IMG/VR virus record: IMGVR_UViG_3300043425_001190
Coordinates: 23,298 to 87,297 of that record
Direction: 5' to 3' (one strand)
DNA: 64,000 nt
Origin: a virus
Shown here: positions 39,671-49,427 of the stretch, one piece after another
Layout: the number at the start of each line of letters is the position of its first letter
Numbering within the stretch: position 1 is the stretch's first letter
The notes under the pieces: model-generated
What the model was told of the DNA's origin: nothing
Database searches by the model: none
The model's input: only the letters and a program-made list of their open reading frames with translations
Position numbers and translations under genes: made by a program

Positions 39671-40377
39671 AGCTGGTCAAGCCCCGGAAGTTTATACCCA
39701 CCGTAAGCTTTGTCTTCGCCTTTCGGGTAGTTGTAAATTGTGTCAGATTCAGATTCGATATCGTTATTATCGTCAAGAACATCACCAGGAACACCGTCAT
39801 AACCAACGTCGTTAGCCCGTGTGTTGATATACTTGGCACAGACAAGTTTCCACGTGTAGTATGCTGCCAACTGGGCGTTTGGAGCCTGGGTTTCATCTCT
39901 AAATGTCACCTGGAAAGTGTCAGCTATGACGCAATGGAAGTTGAATATATCACCGGATTTTGGCATCGAGTTAGCACCAAACACCTGCTCGAACGAGTCT
40001 TTGCTGATGTTGATTTCAATCGTGGTTGTGTCGAAATATCCACCTGACATCATGGTAATGTTTATGGTGGGGTCAGCCGGCAGGACTCTGATTGTTCTTG
40101 GTTCTTCATACGGGGTAACGTGGTCCTCACCACGGATGTTGAACCTAGCTACCGAAGTATCTGGCATTTGTCTACGATAATGAACATCGATACCGAACAG
40201 GTTGATTTGGTCGGTATACCAGCTGGCGAATGTGTCCCTTGGGGTACCAAGGGTTGAGCATTGAAGCATACCAAAGCCGGTATTGGCGTCTTCACCAGTA
40301 CCATCTCCGTTGGTGGCAACAGGCATTGGGCACCCGTGACTACCACCACTCAACATGCTTCGCCAATCGTTCGCCAT
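39667..40377 (-). CDS. neck protein gp14
   Basis: INLFGIDVHY, PKSGDIF, YTWKLVC; position. Confidence 0.75.
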   Translation of the reverse strand: MANDWRSMLSGGSHGCPMPVATNGDGTGEDANTGFGMLQCSTLGTPRDTFASWYTDQINLFGIDVHYRRQMPDTSVARFNIRGEDHVTPYEEPRTIRVLPADPTINITMMSGGYFDTTTIEINISKDSFEQVFGANSMPKSGDIFNFHCVIADTFQVTFRDETQAPNAQLAAYYTWKLVCAKYINTRANDVGYDGVPGDVLDDNNDIESESDTIYNYPKGEDKAYGGYKLPGLDQL

Positions 40378-40378
40378 G

Positions 40379-41479
40379 TTACTTCAGAAGCCTTTTACAA
40401 CGAGGACATTTTGGGCAGTCACCACTTGACAGGATACCAGAGTTAAGTGGACCACACTTTGGGCAGTTCATACCATTGGTGTTGGTTTTGTCGTACATCT
40501 CTTCTTCACCACGAGCCCAGGCCTCGGTGTACTTGTGGCGGGCGTTGGTGCTTTCGGCAAACGGGTTGGCCTTTTTACCGCCCTTCTTGCCGCCTTTAAG
40601 GAAGGCCGGTTTGCTGTCTTTATCGAAGGCATCAGGGGTGCCATCATCATCTTCGTCTTTTGAAAAATCCGGTTTACCTTTCTTTTTCATAAACTTTTTG
40701 AGGGCATCAGGAAGTTTTCGTTTTTCTTCGACAAGACCACAGTATCTAATCATAGGATTAAGGTTATTTGCTGCCTCAGCCATCATATCAATGCCACCAT
40801 ACGAGCCAACGAAGATTTCAACACACTCTTGGGCAAGTTGGGCATCAGGAGACATCACGTCGTCATCGGCAACCACCGGGCCCGGTGGCTGGTCTGACAT
40901 CTTGGCGGTGATACGCTGAACGTCTTCGTCACTTTCACCAGGAACGATGCCATCATCAGTACCGGCAGCCACCTCTTGGGCAACAGGATCGGCTGAACTA
41001 GCCTCACCCTCGGACACACGGCTTGATACTTCGTTAACGTGTTGTTCGAGTTTGCTCACCTTATCTTCAAAAGAGGTAAGCTGGTCTTGCAACTTTTTGA
41101 TTTCTGGCAATGTGCTGGTATCACCGCTGAGTTCGACAGCCTCGCACATGTGGGCTAATTTGTTATAACCACGGTCCAACACTTGTTGGTAACTCGATAA
41201 GTTTAGAGTTGTAGCCACTTTGGTCAGCTCCTGTTTTCTTTGATTTGGGTTGGTCTGCGCTGATTTTTTAAGCATCCACGCTTTTAAGGTATCAGGTGAT
41301 ACACCGGTTTTTACAGCGTCATCAATGGCTTTTTTAGCGGCAGGGTTGGTCCTCATTAACTCGTCGAACGCCCTGTCTGGGTCTGAGTTTACTCGCTTCT
41401 TGAAATTTGGGTCAAGAAGTTGTGGGGCCATTGCGCCGGTAGGGACGGCCAACTTGGTGGCATTTTGATTTGGTAGCAT
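40379..41479 (-). CDS. probable internal head protein with C-terminal Cys cluster
   Basis: K/D-rich KLPDALKKFMKKK...KPAFLK segment, several hydrophobic-x-E sites, CPKC..CPKCPRC. Confidence 0.6.
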   Translation of the reverse strand: MLPNQNATKLAVPTGAMAPQLLDPNFKKRVNSDPDRAFDELMRTNPAAKKAIDDAVKTGVSPDTLKAWMLKKSAQTNPNQRKQELTKVATTLNLSSYQQVLDRGYNKLAHMCEAVELSGDTSTLPEIKKLQDQLTSFEDKVSKLEQHVNEVSSRVSEGEASSADPVAQEVAAGTDDGIVPGESDEDVQRITAKMSDQPPGPVVADDDVMSPDAQLAQECVEIFVGSYGGIDMMAEAANNLNPMIRYCGLVEEKRKLPDALKKFMKKKGKPDFSKDEDDDGTPDAFDKDSKPAFLKGGKKGGKKANPFAESTNARHKYTEAWARGEEEMYDKTNTNGMNCPKCGPLNSGILSSGDCPKCPRCKRLLK

Positions 41480-41492
41480 TGTGTGTCCTAGG

Positions 41493-42236
41493 TTATCCTA
41501 CGAAGAAGCCGACAGGCTCCGATTCAATACCGGAGATTAACTCTTTAATGAGTTCTTCCCTGATAGTACGGTAATCTTGTTCACCAACCAGGGCTTCAAG
41601 GGTACCTCCACCAAGCATTTGAGTTTGTCCGAACTTTGTTCGAATACGTGAAATCCTAATAGATGCCTCGTTCTGGGCGAACCTCATGATCCATGGGATA
41701 TTCCATAGGAATGATGTAGGCACCATAACAGTAACATCTAGAATCAAATACCCCTTAATATACGATGGGGTGAAGGTGACGACCTTGGTGTATTTGTTAT
41801 AGTTGAACCGGATGTTTTGACCAAGAACCTGGTTTTTAATTTCAAGCCAGTTTTGTAGTACCACCCATGACACCAAGTCGAAGTTCCTAAAATCGTAATA
41901 ACCCTGCGAATACATAAAGTTTTCGGCAGTGAATAATGTGTTTATACCAGCAGCGCCGGTGATGTTTTGATAAACATCGTTGATCCCTAGCACATGGTAT
42001 GGTAGTTTGTATCCAGTAGCAGGATCAGAAACCATACTAGGGTCAACAACCATCGCGGCCTTAGAGTGTACTTCATACTGTCTGTACGTTTCAACGGTGA
42101 TCTTGGTGATGTCTTTAATTTGCTCTTCGGTCAGTTCAACTTTAACCAACGGCGCACCAAAACTACGAAGCAACACACACACGAATTCATCGTAGTCCAT
42201 AATTTTTGTGGATTCTAACTCGTCGAATTCGGCCAT
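41493..42236 (-). CDS. neck protein gp13
   Basis: LRSFGAPLVKVELTEEQI, TKFGQTQMLGGGTL, terminal EPVGFFVG. Confidence 0.9.
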   Translation of the reverse strand: MAEFDELESTKIMDYDEFVCVLLRSFGAPLVKVELTEEQIKDITKITVETYRQYEVHSKAAMVVDPSMVSDPATGYKLPYHVLGINDVYQNITGAAGINTLFTAENFMYSQGYYDFRNFDLVSWVVLQNWLEIKNQVLGQNIRFNYNKYTKVVTFTPSYIKGYLILDVTVMVPTSFLWNIPWIMRFAQNEASIRISRIRTKFGQTQMLGGGTLEALVGEQDYRTIREELIKELISGIESEPVGFFVG

Positions 42237-42257
42237 GTTGCACCTGTTTGTTAACTA

Positions 42258-42265
42258 TATTTATA
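42258..42265 (-). promoter_or_regulatory. T4-type late promoter TATAAATA
   Basis: exact consensus 21 nt upstream of gp13. Confidence 0.75.
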
Positions 42266-42279
42266 AGCAAGGACCAACC

Positions 42280-43194
42280 GTGATCACACCCGAAAATAAA
42301 ATGTTACCTAAAACCATCACAACTAAAAATGGGCTGTCTGTTATACAGGCTAGCCCAGAGGTTGGGGTGAAGAGCAGATGTCTGGTTGGAACGTTAGATT
42401 GTACCACTGGCCTTGAGGTATCTATTAGCGGCAACAACCAAAAAGAGTATCAGGATTCATTAAAAACAAGAAAAGAAAACCTGATTGGGACCCTTGGTAA
42501 GCTTGGATGGCTACCAAAAACTACGGGGTACCCTATTCAGTTTGGAGTGCTCAACGCCAATGCCGGCCATACCGCTACTGTGATGCTTGGGTCAAAAATA
42601 TTCTGTTCTAGTAACCCAGATACTGTAACCATTGAAGAACTTCAGCACACGATGATGGATGGGTTTGTTAGCGGTGGCATAGTCACAGCACCGTTCAAAC
42701 CAGAAAACAAATACAAAATCAGACAGGAAGAACACCAAATCGAAATCGGCCGGCGTCCATACTACGAATATTCATGTGGAGCCAGGTCTTTGTTTGTGGC
42801 TGAAATGATTGCCCAGCTTGAGGATTTGTGGGTGCTAGCTAGAGAGGCTGATGGTCACCACCCAGTAGCCAATAAATCAGGAGGTACCCAGGCAACGCTG
42901 AATAACTGGGTGAGAGAAAACCTAACCATAATGGCGGCCAATATAAACCATATGTGTCACGAAGGGATTTTAAAAGAAGCGTCAGAAATTAACTCTGATT
43001 TCCGTGAACCAAATATGCCGCCGATGGTTACTAAAGAGCAAAGACGCAACTTTTTACTTTCCGGTAGGTATACAAAACCGGATTCATACACCCAGAACGG
43101 CGACACCATCAGCCGCGTAAACCAACGACTGTCTAAGGTCTGGTCTGCTTCCGATAATCCGGTAGAAAGAACTCTTAAAAATTTGGAGAACTAA
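42280..43194 (+). CDS. hypothetical protein
   Basis: long ORF; AAGGA before GTG 42280. Confidence 0.7.
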   Translation: MITPENKMLPKTITTKNGLSVIQASPEVGVKSRCLVGTLDCTTGLEVSISGNNQKEYQDSLKTRKENLIGTLGKLGWLPKTTGYPIQFGVLNANAGHTATVMLGSKIFCSSNPDTVTIEELQHTMMDGFVSGGIVTAPFKPENKYKIRQEEHQIEIGRRPYYEYSCGARSLFVAEMIAQLEDLWVLAREADGHHPVANKSGGTQATLNNWVRENLTIMAANINHMCHEGILKEASEINSDFREPNMPPMVTKEQRRNFLLSGRYTKPDSYTQNGDTISRVNQRLSKVWSASDNPVERTLKNLEN

Positions 43195-43195
43195 G

Positions 43196-43669
43196 ATGGG
43201 CACCCCGTGGGAATCGCTACCTGAGCTATGGAAAGACGAAAAAGAGTTTTGTAGCAAATACCTACGTGGCGCGGCTAGGGCGGTTTGGTCTAAACACCCA
43301 ATACGTACCAGCTACATGAAAGCCACCAGGTATAAAGCCCCCATCGGCATCATCAATAAGGGAAACCTTGATGGTATGGTGTGGGCGTGGAATTGCGAGA
43401 TCTGTAACTGTGTCACCAGAAAGCCAGAAACCGACCACAAGAAGCAATGCGGGTCTACCGGCAGTGTTGCTGAATGGAAAAGCTGGATGGAAAACCTTCT
43501 AATTGTTGGGTATGATGACCTGCAATTACTTTGTAAAAATTGCCACGATTGCAAATCGTATTCTGACCGGATGGGTATTTCGTTTGAAGCCGCATTGGTA
43601 AAGAAGAAAGAAATATCCGATAAGAAAGCTTTGGCCGCACAGAAGAAAGCGGCGAAAACCACCAAATAA
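43196..43669 (+). CDS. HNH endonuclease-family protein
   Basis: CEIC...ETDHKKQCG...LQLLCKNCHDCKS. Confidence 0.8.
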   Translation: MGTPWESLPELWKDEKEFCSKYLRGAARAVWSKHPIRTSYMKATRYKAPIGIINKGNLDGMVWAWNCEICNCVTRKPETDHKKQCGSTGSVAEWKSWMENLLIVGYDDLQLLCKNCHDCKSYSDRMGISFEAALVKKKEISDKKALAAQKKAAKTTK

Positions 43670-43672
43670 ATA
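43665..43672 (+). promoter_or_regulatory. late promoter-like AATAAATA
   Basis: 21 nt upstream of ATG 43694 with GAGGT RBS. Confidence 0.55.
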
Positions 43673-43693
43673 TACTATCAACAAGAGGTAGTT

Positions 43694-44104
43694 ATGCGCC
43701 CACTACAAGATTACGTGATCGGCAAGGTAATAGGTGAATCATACTCATGGAGTTTCGCAAAGTCAAAGATTGCCGGCATCAACGGTGTGGTTGATGTTGA
43801 ATACAACGACGAGACCAAGGTACTCACCTTGTCAATACTACCAGACGAGACTGTTGGTAGAATACTAAACGATGTTGAGTACATTATAGGCGGCACAATC
43901 AACGACTCCTCGTCTACAGCTTTGATGGCTATTCCAATGGAACAACAGGTTGTAACATCTCGGGTAGACGATTCCTCGACCGAGCATCATGTCACCGGAT
44001 GTGCCGAGGTATCCCGCCTCATCATTAACAAAATCTCAACCGAGGGCGAGGATTCAGCTGTCGATTCGTTTGATGTTAACATCGAAGATAACGAAATTAC
44101 TTGA
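43694..44104 (+). CDS. hypothetical late protein
   Basis: GAGGT RBS, late motif, acidic composition. Confidence 0.7.
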   Translation: MRPLQDYVIGKVIGESYSWSFAKSKIAGINGVVDVEYNDETKVLTLSILPDETVGRILNDVEYIIGGTINDSSSTALMAIPMEQQVVTSRVDDSSTEHHVTGCAEVSRLIINKISTEGEDSAVDSFDVNIEDNEIT

Positions 44105-44164
44105 CTGATTTCACAGGTAAGTGTATTGTCCCCTGAGAACACCAACCCAGGGGACAAAAAATAT

Positions 44165-44785
44165 ATGACTACCGTACTAAACAAAAAGCGCACCGGTGAT
44201 TACATCCGCCTTATTAACCAGGCCGTACCTGACGACCATAAACCACACGTCGCAGACATCATCTCAGAGATTGAGAACAAACGCAAAATTTCCGATCTTA
44301 GTGACAAAGCTTTAACTATTCTTCGTGAGTCGATGTCTCTTCTAATTGAAAACATGAAAACCAAATCCGAAGAGTTATGTGAAACAGACAATAGAAACGA
44401 TGGAAAGTTATCAGCCAGGTTGTTCCTAAAAGCCACCAGTATTGAGTATGCCATTATGCCAATACGGGCTGAAATACAAAACCGTTCTTGTTCTGGAGCC
44501 AGAAAAAAATTAATTGACGCTATGGTTGATGCTCTCAACGAAGATGACGATGTTGTCACTACTGAGTGGGCTGTCAGCAACAACCCAAAGCTAGTGGAAA
44601 GAGCTTTATCTAGCCAGTATCTTGCAGTGAAATCGGCTCTAAACTACGGAACCTCATTGCCGGTTTTCCTCACTGAAATCACAAGGTGTATGGGTATCAT
44701 GTCTCCAAAATCGTTGATGTGTCATGAGTTAAGAGTAGCTATGCGGCATACCACTTTTGTTGGCCACCCTTCCGAGTTAGTATAA
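44165..44785 (+). CDS. hypothetical protein
   Basis: helical ORF of about 206 aa ending at a palindrome; start uncertain. Confidence 0.65.
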   Translation: MTTVLNKKRTGDYIRLINQAVPDDHKPHVADIISEIENKRKISDLSDKALTILRESMSLLIENMKTKSEELCETDNRNDGKLSARLFLKATSIEYAIMPIRAEIQNRSCSGARKKLIDAMVDALNEDDDVVTTEWAVSNNPKLVERALSSQYLAVKSALNYGTSLPVFLTEITRCMGIMSPKSLMCHELRVAMRHTTFVGHPSELV

Positions 44786-44787
44786 AG

Positions 44788-44815
44788 AAAACCCCGGTTT
44801 TAAAACCGGGGTTTT
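44788..44815. terminator. perfect 28-bp palindrome; bidirectional terminator
   Basis: AAAACCCCGGTTTTAAAACCGGGGTTTT between convergent genes. Confidence 0.75.
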
Positions 44816-44822
44816 GCGTGTC

Positions 44823-45341
44823 TCATCTATACGGTCTAGGTCTAACTTCAGACAGTGTGTAAATTTGTTTATACCCAAAACAATGCATCATCACATCGTA
44901 TAAAGAGGGTTGTCCGTTGCATTCCATTTCTGCCAACGTTTGGTTCATATCGTTTTCCATCATCCGCGCCACCGATGATGACATTTGCCTATCAATATAT
45001 TTGCTAGCGGTTGGTTTTAGTATTGGCCACACAGTATCTACAAGGTCTGAATATGCTCTAGTAAACCAGTCGGCCAACAGCTGATCGTTACCGTTTTGTC
45101 TTGGTGAGTGGGTGGCAGTACTACGGGCCATACGCTCAACATCAGCACCAAACCCAATACAAGCCGACCCGCTGCCTGGGTGTAAAGTAACCGATATGGT
45201 TACATTTTTACCTTCCATCGTACAGTCAAACCGCCTAACGTACAGTTGGTTACTAGTGAAATTTGGGATTTTATACTTTTGAATGTTGAGACGACCATTC
45301 CAGTATTCAGCCACTTTTCCCTGTGTTTCGTTGTCATCCAT
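44823..45341 (-). CDS. hypothetical protein
   Basis: 172 aa, overlaps gp44 stop. Confidence 0.65.
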   Translation of the reverse strand: MDDNETQGKVAEYWNGRLNIQKYKIPNFTSNQLYVRRFDCTMEGKNVTISVTLHPGSGSACIGFGADVERMARSTATHSPRQNGNDQLLADWFTRAYSDLVDTVWPILKPTASKYIDRQMSSSVARMMENDMNQTLAEMECNGQPSLYDVMMHCFGYKQIYTLSEVRPRPYR

Positions 45342-46170
45342 TGGTCTGTTCCTTCATGATTATAAACACGCACATGGCGTTGATTACCACGTGGGCGGTT
45401 TTTCTATGGTTTTCCAGGTGTGATTGTATTCTCAAAGCTCTGTCAACCTGGTTGGCCTCGATACATGTGTTGAAAGAATCAACAATATATTTCTCGATTG
45501 AGGCTGGACCACATGCTTTAAAAATAAAAGAGGCTTCTAACGCGGTAGATGGACGTATTGTTATTTCTTCTTCTAACTTGCCACCAGTAACTAGTTCTAC
45601 GCCCTTTCGGTAGTCTGGGAACAGTTCAGCGGCCTTTCTGACCATGGCCACCGCTTCAAGCTGGGTTACACCCGTTGTTATGGCTGCCTTGAACATTCTG
45701 TTGTTGTAGAAATTTTGTGTTGTAATCCGGTCAAACCTAATTGGTTTAAGCCTAGACCACAGTGGCTGAATAATCTTTTCAGAGTTGTTGCAAATGAAAA
45801 TAAACCTAGTATGCTCATGGTATTCCTCAATCGGAACTTTCATGGCATCCTGAGCGCTTGGGGTGAGCCGGCACGCTTCATCAATAATGACGTATTTCAT
45901 TTTCCCGTCAATAGAAGCTGACTTGCAAAATGGTAACACCTCCTCCCTGATGTAATCTACACCGTTATCTGACGACCCGTTGATATACTTGTATGGGCAA
46001 TCCATATCACGGATCAAAGCCATAGCCATTGATGTTTTACCAAGACCTGGACCTGGGCTATAAAACAGGAAATTATCATTTCCGAACGTTGTACCGTAGC
46101 CGATAGCAGCAAGTAAAGCCGGATCGAACTCAGACATTTTAGACGGCCTGAAGGTTTCAGATGTCAGCAT
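45334..46170 (-). CDS. clamp loader AAA+ subunit (gp44-like)
   Basis: Walker A GPGLGKTS, INGSSDNGVDYIR, Walker B IIDEA, RFIFICN, PLWSRL. Confidence 0.9.
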   Translation of the reverse strand: MLTSETFRPSKMSEFDPALLAAIGYGTTFGNDNFLFYSPGPGLGKTSMAMALIRDMDCPYKYINGSSDNGVDYIREEVLPFCKSASIDGKMKYVIIDEACRLTPSAQDAMKVPIEEYHEHTRFIFICNNSEKIIQPLWSRLKPIRFDRITTQNFYNNRMFKAAITTGVTQLEAVAMVRKAAELFPDYRKGVELVTGGKLEEEITIRPSTALEASFIFKACGPASIEKYIVDSFNTCIEANQVDRALRIQSHLENHRKTAHVVINAMCVFIIMKEQTNG

Positions 46171-46712
46171 TTGCTTTTCCTTTTATTCTTTCTTTTACAC
46201 ATAAAGACGGTTTTGATTTTGTGTATGCTGATTCCGGTAACCCTACAAGCTTCAGCCATTGACTTGTACTGAATACCGTCGATGGCAACTGGTTTATACT
46301 GTGGTGTTTTCCATGTACCATCTAACGAAGCCCGTCTCGCTTTGACGTAAGAACAACCGTTCTTTTTAGCGGCCTCCGATATACTTTTATACTTCATGCC
46401 GTCAATAACACATGGTTTAGATCTATCGATTGGGGCATCTGATTCGGCAACCACACCCTCGATTCTCCTCTTGCGCAGTCGTTTCCATTTATTCGACTCG
46501 CGTTTGTATTCCGGTGGTCGGTTTCTACCGTGAAGAAACATCCATCCGTCGCATGGTTTACGCCGCAAAGGCTCGGTATCCAACTCCTGACCACGTGATA
46601 CACGGTTATGCACAGCTGTTGTGGTTATACCAAGTATGGCACTTATTTCTTTGGCGGTCTTCTTTTCACCACGAAAGTCGTAGTATCTAACGGTTGTTCT
46701 TCCACCAGGCAT
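46164..46712 (-). CDS. DNA-binding protein with NUMOD1/HTH-type repeats
   Basis: AGGAG RBS; KPCVIDGMKYKSISEAAK and KPVAIDGIQYKSMAEACR repeats plus N-terminal HTH. Confidence 0.7.
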   Translation of the reverse strand: MPGGRTTVRYYDFRGEKKTAKEISAILGITTTAVHNRVSRGQELDTEPLRRKPCDGWMFLHGRNRPPEYKRESNKWKRLRKRRIEGVVAESDAPIDRSKPCVIDGMKYKSISEAAKKNGCSYVKARRASLDGTWKTPQYKPVAIDGIQYKSMAEACRVTGISIHKIKTVFMCKRKNKRKSKC

Positions 46713-46755
46713 GGTCGTTCTCCTTTTTAAAAGGTAACCCGCCATCGGTTTAGTA

Positions 46756-48534
46756 TCAAGCGTTGATCGTTCCGCCGTTATTGACGAAGGTTGTCCCAGT
46801 GTGAGCGAAACCACCTTTGTTGATAACTCCACCAGCGTTGACGGTCACCGTTCTGGTGCCGGTGGTGTTGGCCGTGTAGGTGAGAGTACCATTGACGGTG
46901 GTGGCTCCGATGGTCAACGAAGCCGCCCCGCCGATTGTCAGGGTACTGCCGGAGTCGACTGTCATTGTTCCGATGGTCGTGTTGGTACCCGACAGGGTGA
47001 GGTTGCCTGAGACTGTCCAGTTACCCGTGCCGCCGATGACACCTGACAAGGTCTGAGAGACAGACGAGGCCCAGACAACAGTACCGTTGAAGCCCATCGG
47101 CATGGCGGAGTTGCCAGATGCCCAGGAGAATGTCCCGGCGAAAGTTGCTTTGCCAGTGAAGGAACCGAAGGCGGTGCCGAAGCCCCAATAAGAGTTCGCA
47201 TGGGCAGCTGGGCACGAGCCGGTGAATTTGACGTGGCCGGCACCATTGATGTAGAGGCCAAACCCACCTACGGCGTTGGCACCGATTGGCCCTTTGATTT
47301 CAAGGTCGCCGGTGGCGTTGTTGGCACCGTTGGAGACGCTGATCCGGTAGCCATAACCACCGTCCAGGACGGTAACTGTGGAGTCGATTACCGACCCAGA
47401 GGCAGCGGAGTTTACGGTGAGGAAGATACCGTTGACGTCGAATCCACGAATGGTTCCAGACGTGCCGTTACTCGCCCGAATTGTGCTCGGAGCAACGGAG
47501 AGGACTATATCGCCGTTATACCAGGCTGGAACGTACAGACCTGAAGTGTCAGCTGCCGACACGCCGTTGACAGTCACTGTTCTGACCCCGTAACCACCAG
47601 ATACACTGGACGCTTGCATGTCGAGAGTCGCACCGGCACCGACCGTGATACCAGAGGTAAACAAGTTATCTGGGTTGACCGTGATACGCACCGTGCCGTT
47701 GGTGATACTGAGGATGCCAGCGCCAGCAACGACGTTGTTGGTGGCGAACACCAACGTTCCGGGTCGGGTCTTGGACGTCGTCTTACCGTTCCTGTTGAAT
47801 GTTGTCGATGCACCGATGGTTACGGTTACGCCTGGCTCAACCCTGATAGTAGAGTTGGCAGCTAGTGTGACAATGTTGGCTCCGAAGTTGAAGTCGTAGT
47901 CGAAACGCGGGGTTCCAAGCAAATTGACCCCTCGACATGTCGGCAAGGTGTAACCGCCCGAGTTGATGATGGGGCCATCGCCGAGAGATAGCAGCATGTT
48001 CGGGCTAATTTGAGTAGCAGTGAGGTCGAGGGAGGCGTTACCGAGCCCAGGCGCAAACCTCAGGTCGCCGGTGAACTCCGAGGTGTCGGTGAGTCGGTAC
48101 TGGCCCATGACGACCCCGACTGCAACGGTCGGGGCGTCAATCTTCAGTATGCCGTCGCCGGTCAGTTTACTGATGGTGCACAGAGCACCAGCGGTGTTGT
48201 CGCCGCCTTTACGCTTCAGGGTCAAAACCGCGCCATCGATGGCCAGGTTGGGGATAGTCCAGGCGCTGTTGTTGCCCTGCTCGTCCCAGGTCTGGTCATT
48301 CCTGACGCGTGCTCCGCCGATCCCTTTAAACAGGGTGCGGACCACTCCGTCGGTATTGCCGGTGAGGCCCGCTGCTGGGACCACCACGGCAGGTGCCGGG
48401 ACAATCGGTCGGCTGTCCAGTGTGATGGCACTCGGAATGCGAATCTCGCCAGCGGTGAGCGACTTGAATAGGTCGTTCAACGAGGCACCGTTGACAGTGC
48501 CGCCTGGTGATTCAAGTAGCGACGGGGTGGGCAT
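46756..48534 (-). CDS. beta-helix adhesin-like protein (autotransporter-associated beta-strand-like repeats)
   Basis: G/T/N-rich repeats such as GNLTLSGTNTTIGTMTVDSG, TLSGVIGGTG. Confidence 0.65.
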   Translation of the reverse strand: MPTPSLLESPGGTVNGASLNDLFKSLTAGEIRIPSAITLDSRPIVPAPAVVVPAAGLTGNTDGVVRTLFKGIGGARVRNDQTWDEQGNNSAWTIPNLAIDGAVLTLKRKGGDNTAGALCTISKLTGDGILKIDAPTVAVGVVMGQYRLTDTSEFTGDLRFAPGLGNASLDLTATQISPNMLLSLGDGPIINSGGYTLPTCRGVNLLGTPRFDYDFNFGANIVTLAANSTIRVEPGVTVTIGASTTFNRNGKTTSKTRPGTLVFATNNVVAGAGILSITNGTVRITVNPDNLFTSGITVGAGATLDMQASSVSGGYGVRTVTVNGVSAADTSGLYVPAWYNGDIVLSVAPSTIRASNGTSGTIRGFDVNGIFLTVNSAASGSVIDSTVTVLDGGYGYRISVSNGANNATGDLEIKGPIGANAVGGFGLYINGAGHVKFTGSCPAAHANSYWGFGTAFGSFTGKATFAGTFSWASGNSAMPMGFNGTVVWASSVSQTLSGVIGGTGNWTVSGNLTLSGTNTTIGTMTVDSGSTLTIGGAASLTIGATTVNGTLTYTANTTGTRTVTVNAGGVINKGGFAHTGTTFVNNGGTINA

Positions 48535-48537
48535 GGT

Positions 48538-49416
48538 TTAGACCTGGGTGTAGCCGCCGGCCATCCGGACGATGTGGGTGATTGAAAGGATACCGGCCTC
48601 GATCTCGTTGCCGGCCGAGGAGCCTCCCCAGGTGGCAACCGAGACTTCAGGGTCGACAAGCTCGGTGCCGTCCTCGAAGATGGTCATATGGAGTTGGTCG
48701 GTGATGACGATGCGGGCGACCTCTTTTGACGCAGCTTCGTTGACGAGCTCGCCGGTGTCGGCCCACTCGGTTTCATCCTCGATGCAATAATAGATCTCTT
48801 CGCGCGGCCAGCGTTTGATCGCCTTGAACTCCCAGATGCGGAGGAAGCGACGGGTGTCACCTTGGCGGACCGCGACGATCTCGATCTCGGCGATGGCAGC
48901 CGGATCGGGGAGTGGCAGCGGAACTCCGTCGAGGATTTCGGCGTAGCCGCGATTGGTGGCATACTGCTGGAGGACAGCCTGTAGGCGGGAAACAACCGCG
49001 ATACCAGCAGCAGACGCTCTCCAGCCAGCCGTGGTGACCTGCGGGTTGACGTAAAGGTATTGGGTCTCCGGGAAGAAGACCTGCAGGCCGGTTGGTGTGA
49101 TCGCCACCTCGGCAGCATCGACGCCGGAGATGAACTCGCCGTCACTGGTCCACTCAAGCTCGTCCTCGACGTGGTAGGAAATCTTCGGCAATGGCCAATT
49201 GGTCATTGCGGCGAACTCCCACACCCGAAGGTAACGCGAGGTGTTGGCCCTGGGGGCTACGATGGGGATCTGCGCCAGAGGGGTCCATACCGGTGGCGTG
49301 TCGACGAGGGTGACGCTGACGATGTTGTCGCCGACGACAGGCGGGACCAGGAACGGGATGTCCTGGTAGCTGCCGTTGGTGTAGACGACGCGGTAGAGTG
49401 ATTCGCCGGGGGCCAT
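48538..49416 (-). CDS. hypothetical protein with duplicated WEF..WP domain
   Basis: two internal copies: RYLRVWEFAAMTNWP and RFLRIWEFKAIKRWP. Confidence 0.75.
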   Translation of the reverse strand: MAPGESLYRVVYTNGSYQDIPFLVPPVVGDNIVSVTLVDTPPVWTPLAQIPIVAPRANTSRYLRVWEFAAMTNWPLPKISYHVEDELEWTSDGEFISGVDAAEVAITPTGLQVFFPETQYLYVNPQVTTAGWRASAAGIAVVSRLQAVLQQYATNRGYAEILDGVPLPLPDPAAIAEIEIVAVRQGDTRRFLRIWEFKAIKRWPREEIYYCIEDETEWADTGELVNEAASKEVARIVITDQLHMTIFEDGTELVDPEVSVATWGGSSAGNEIEAGILSITHIVRMAGGYTQV

Positions 49417-49427
49417 GGTGGGAGTCC

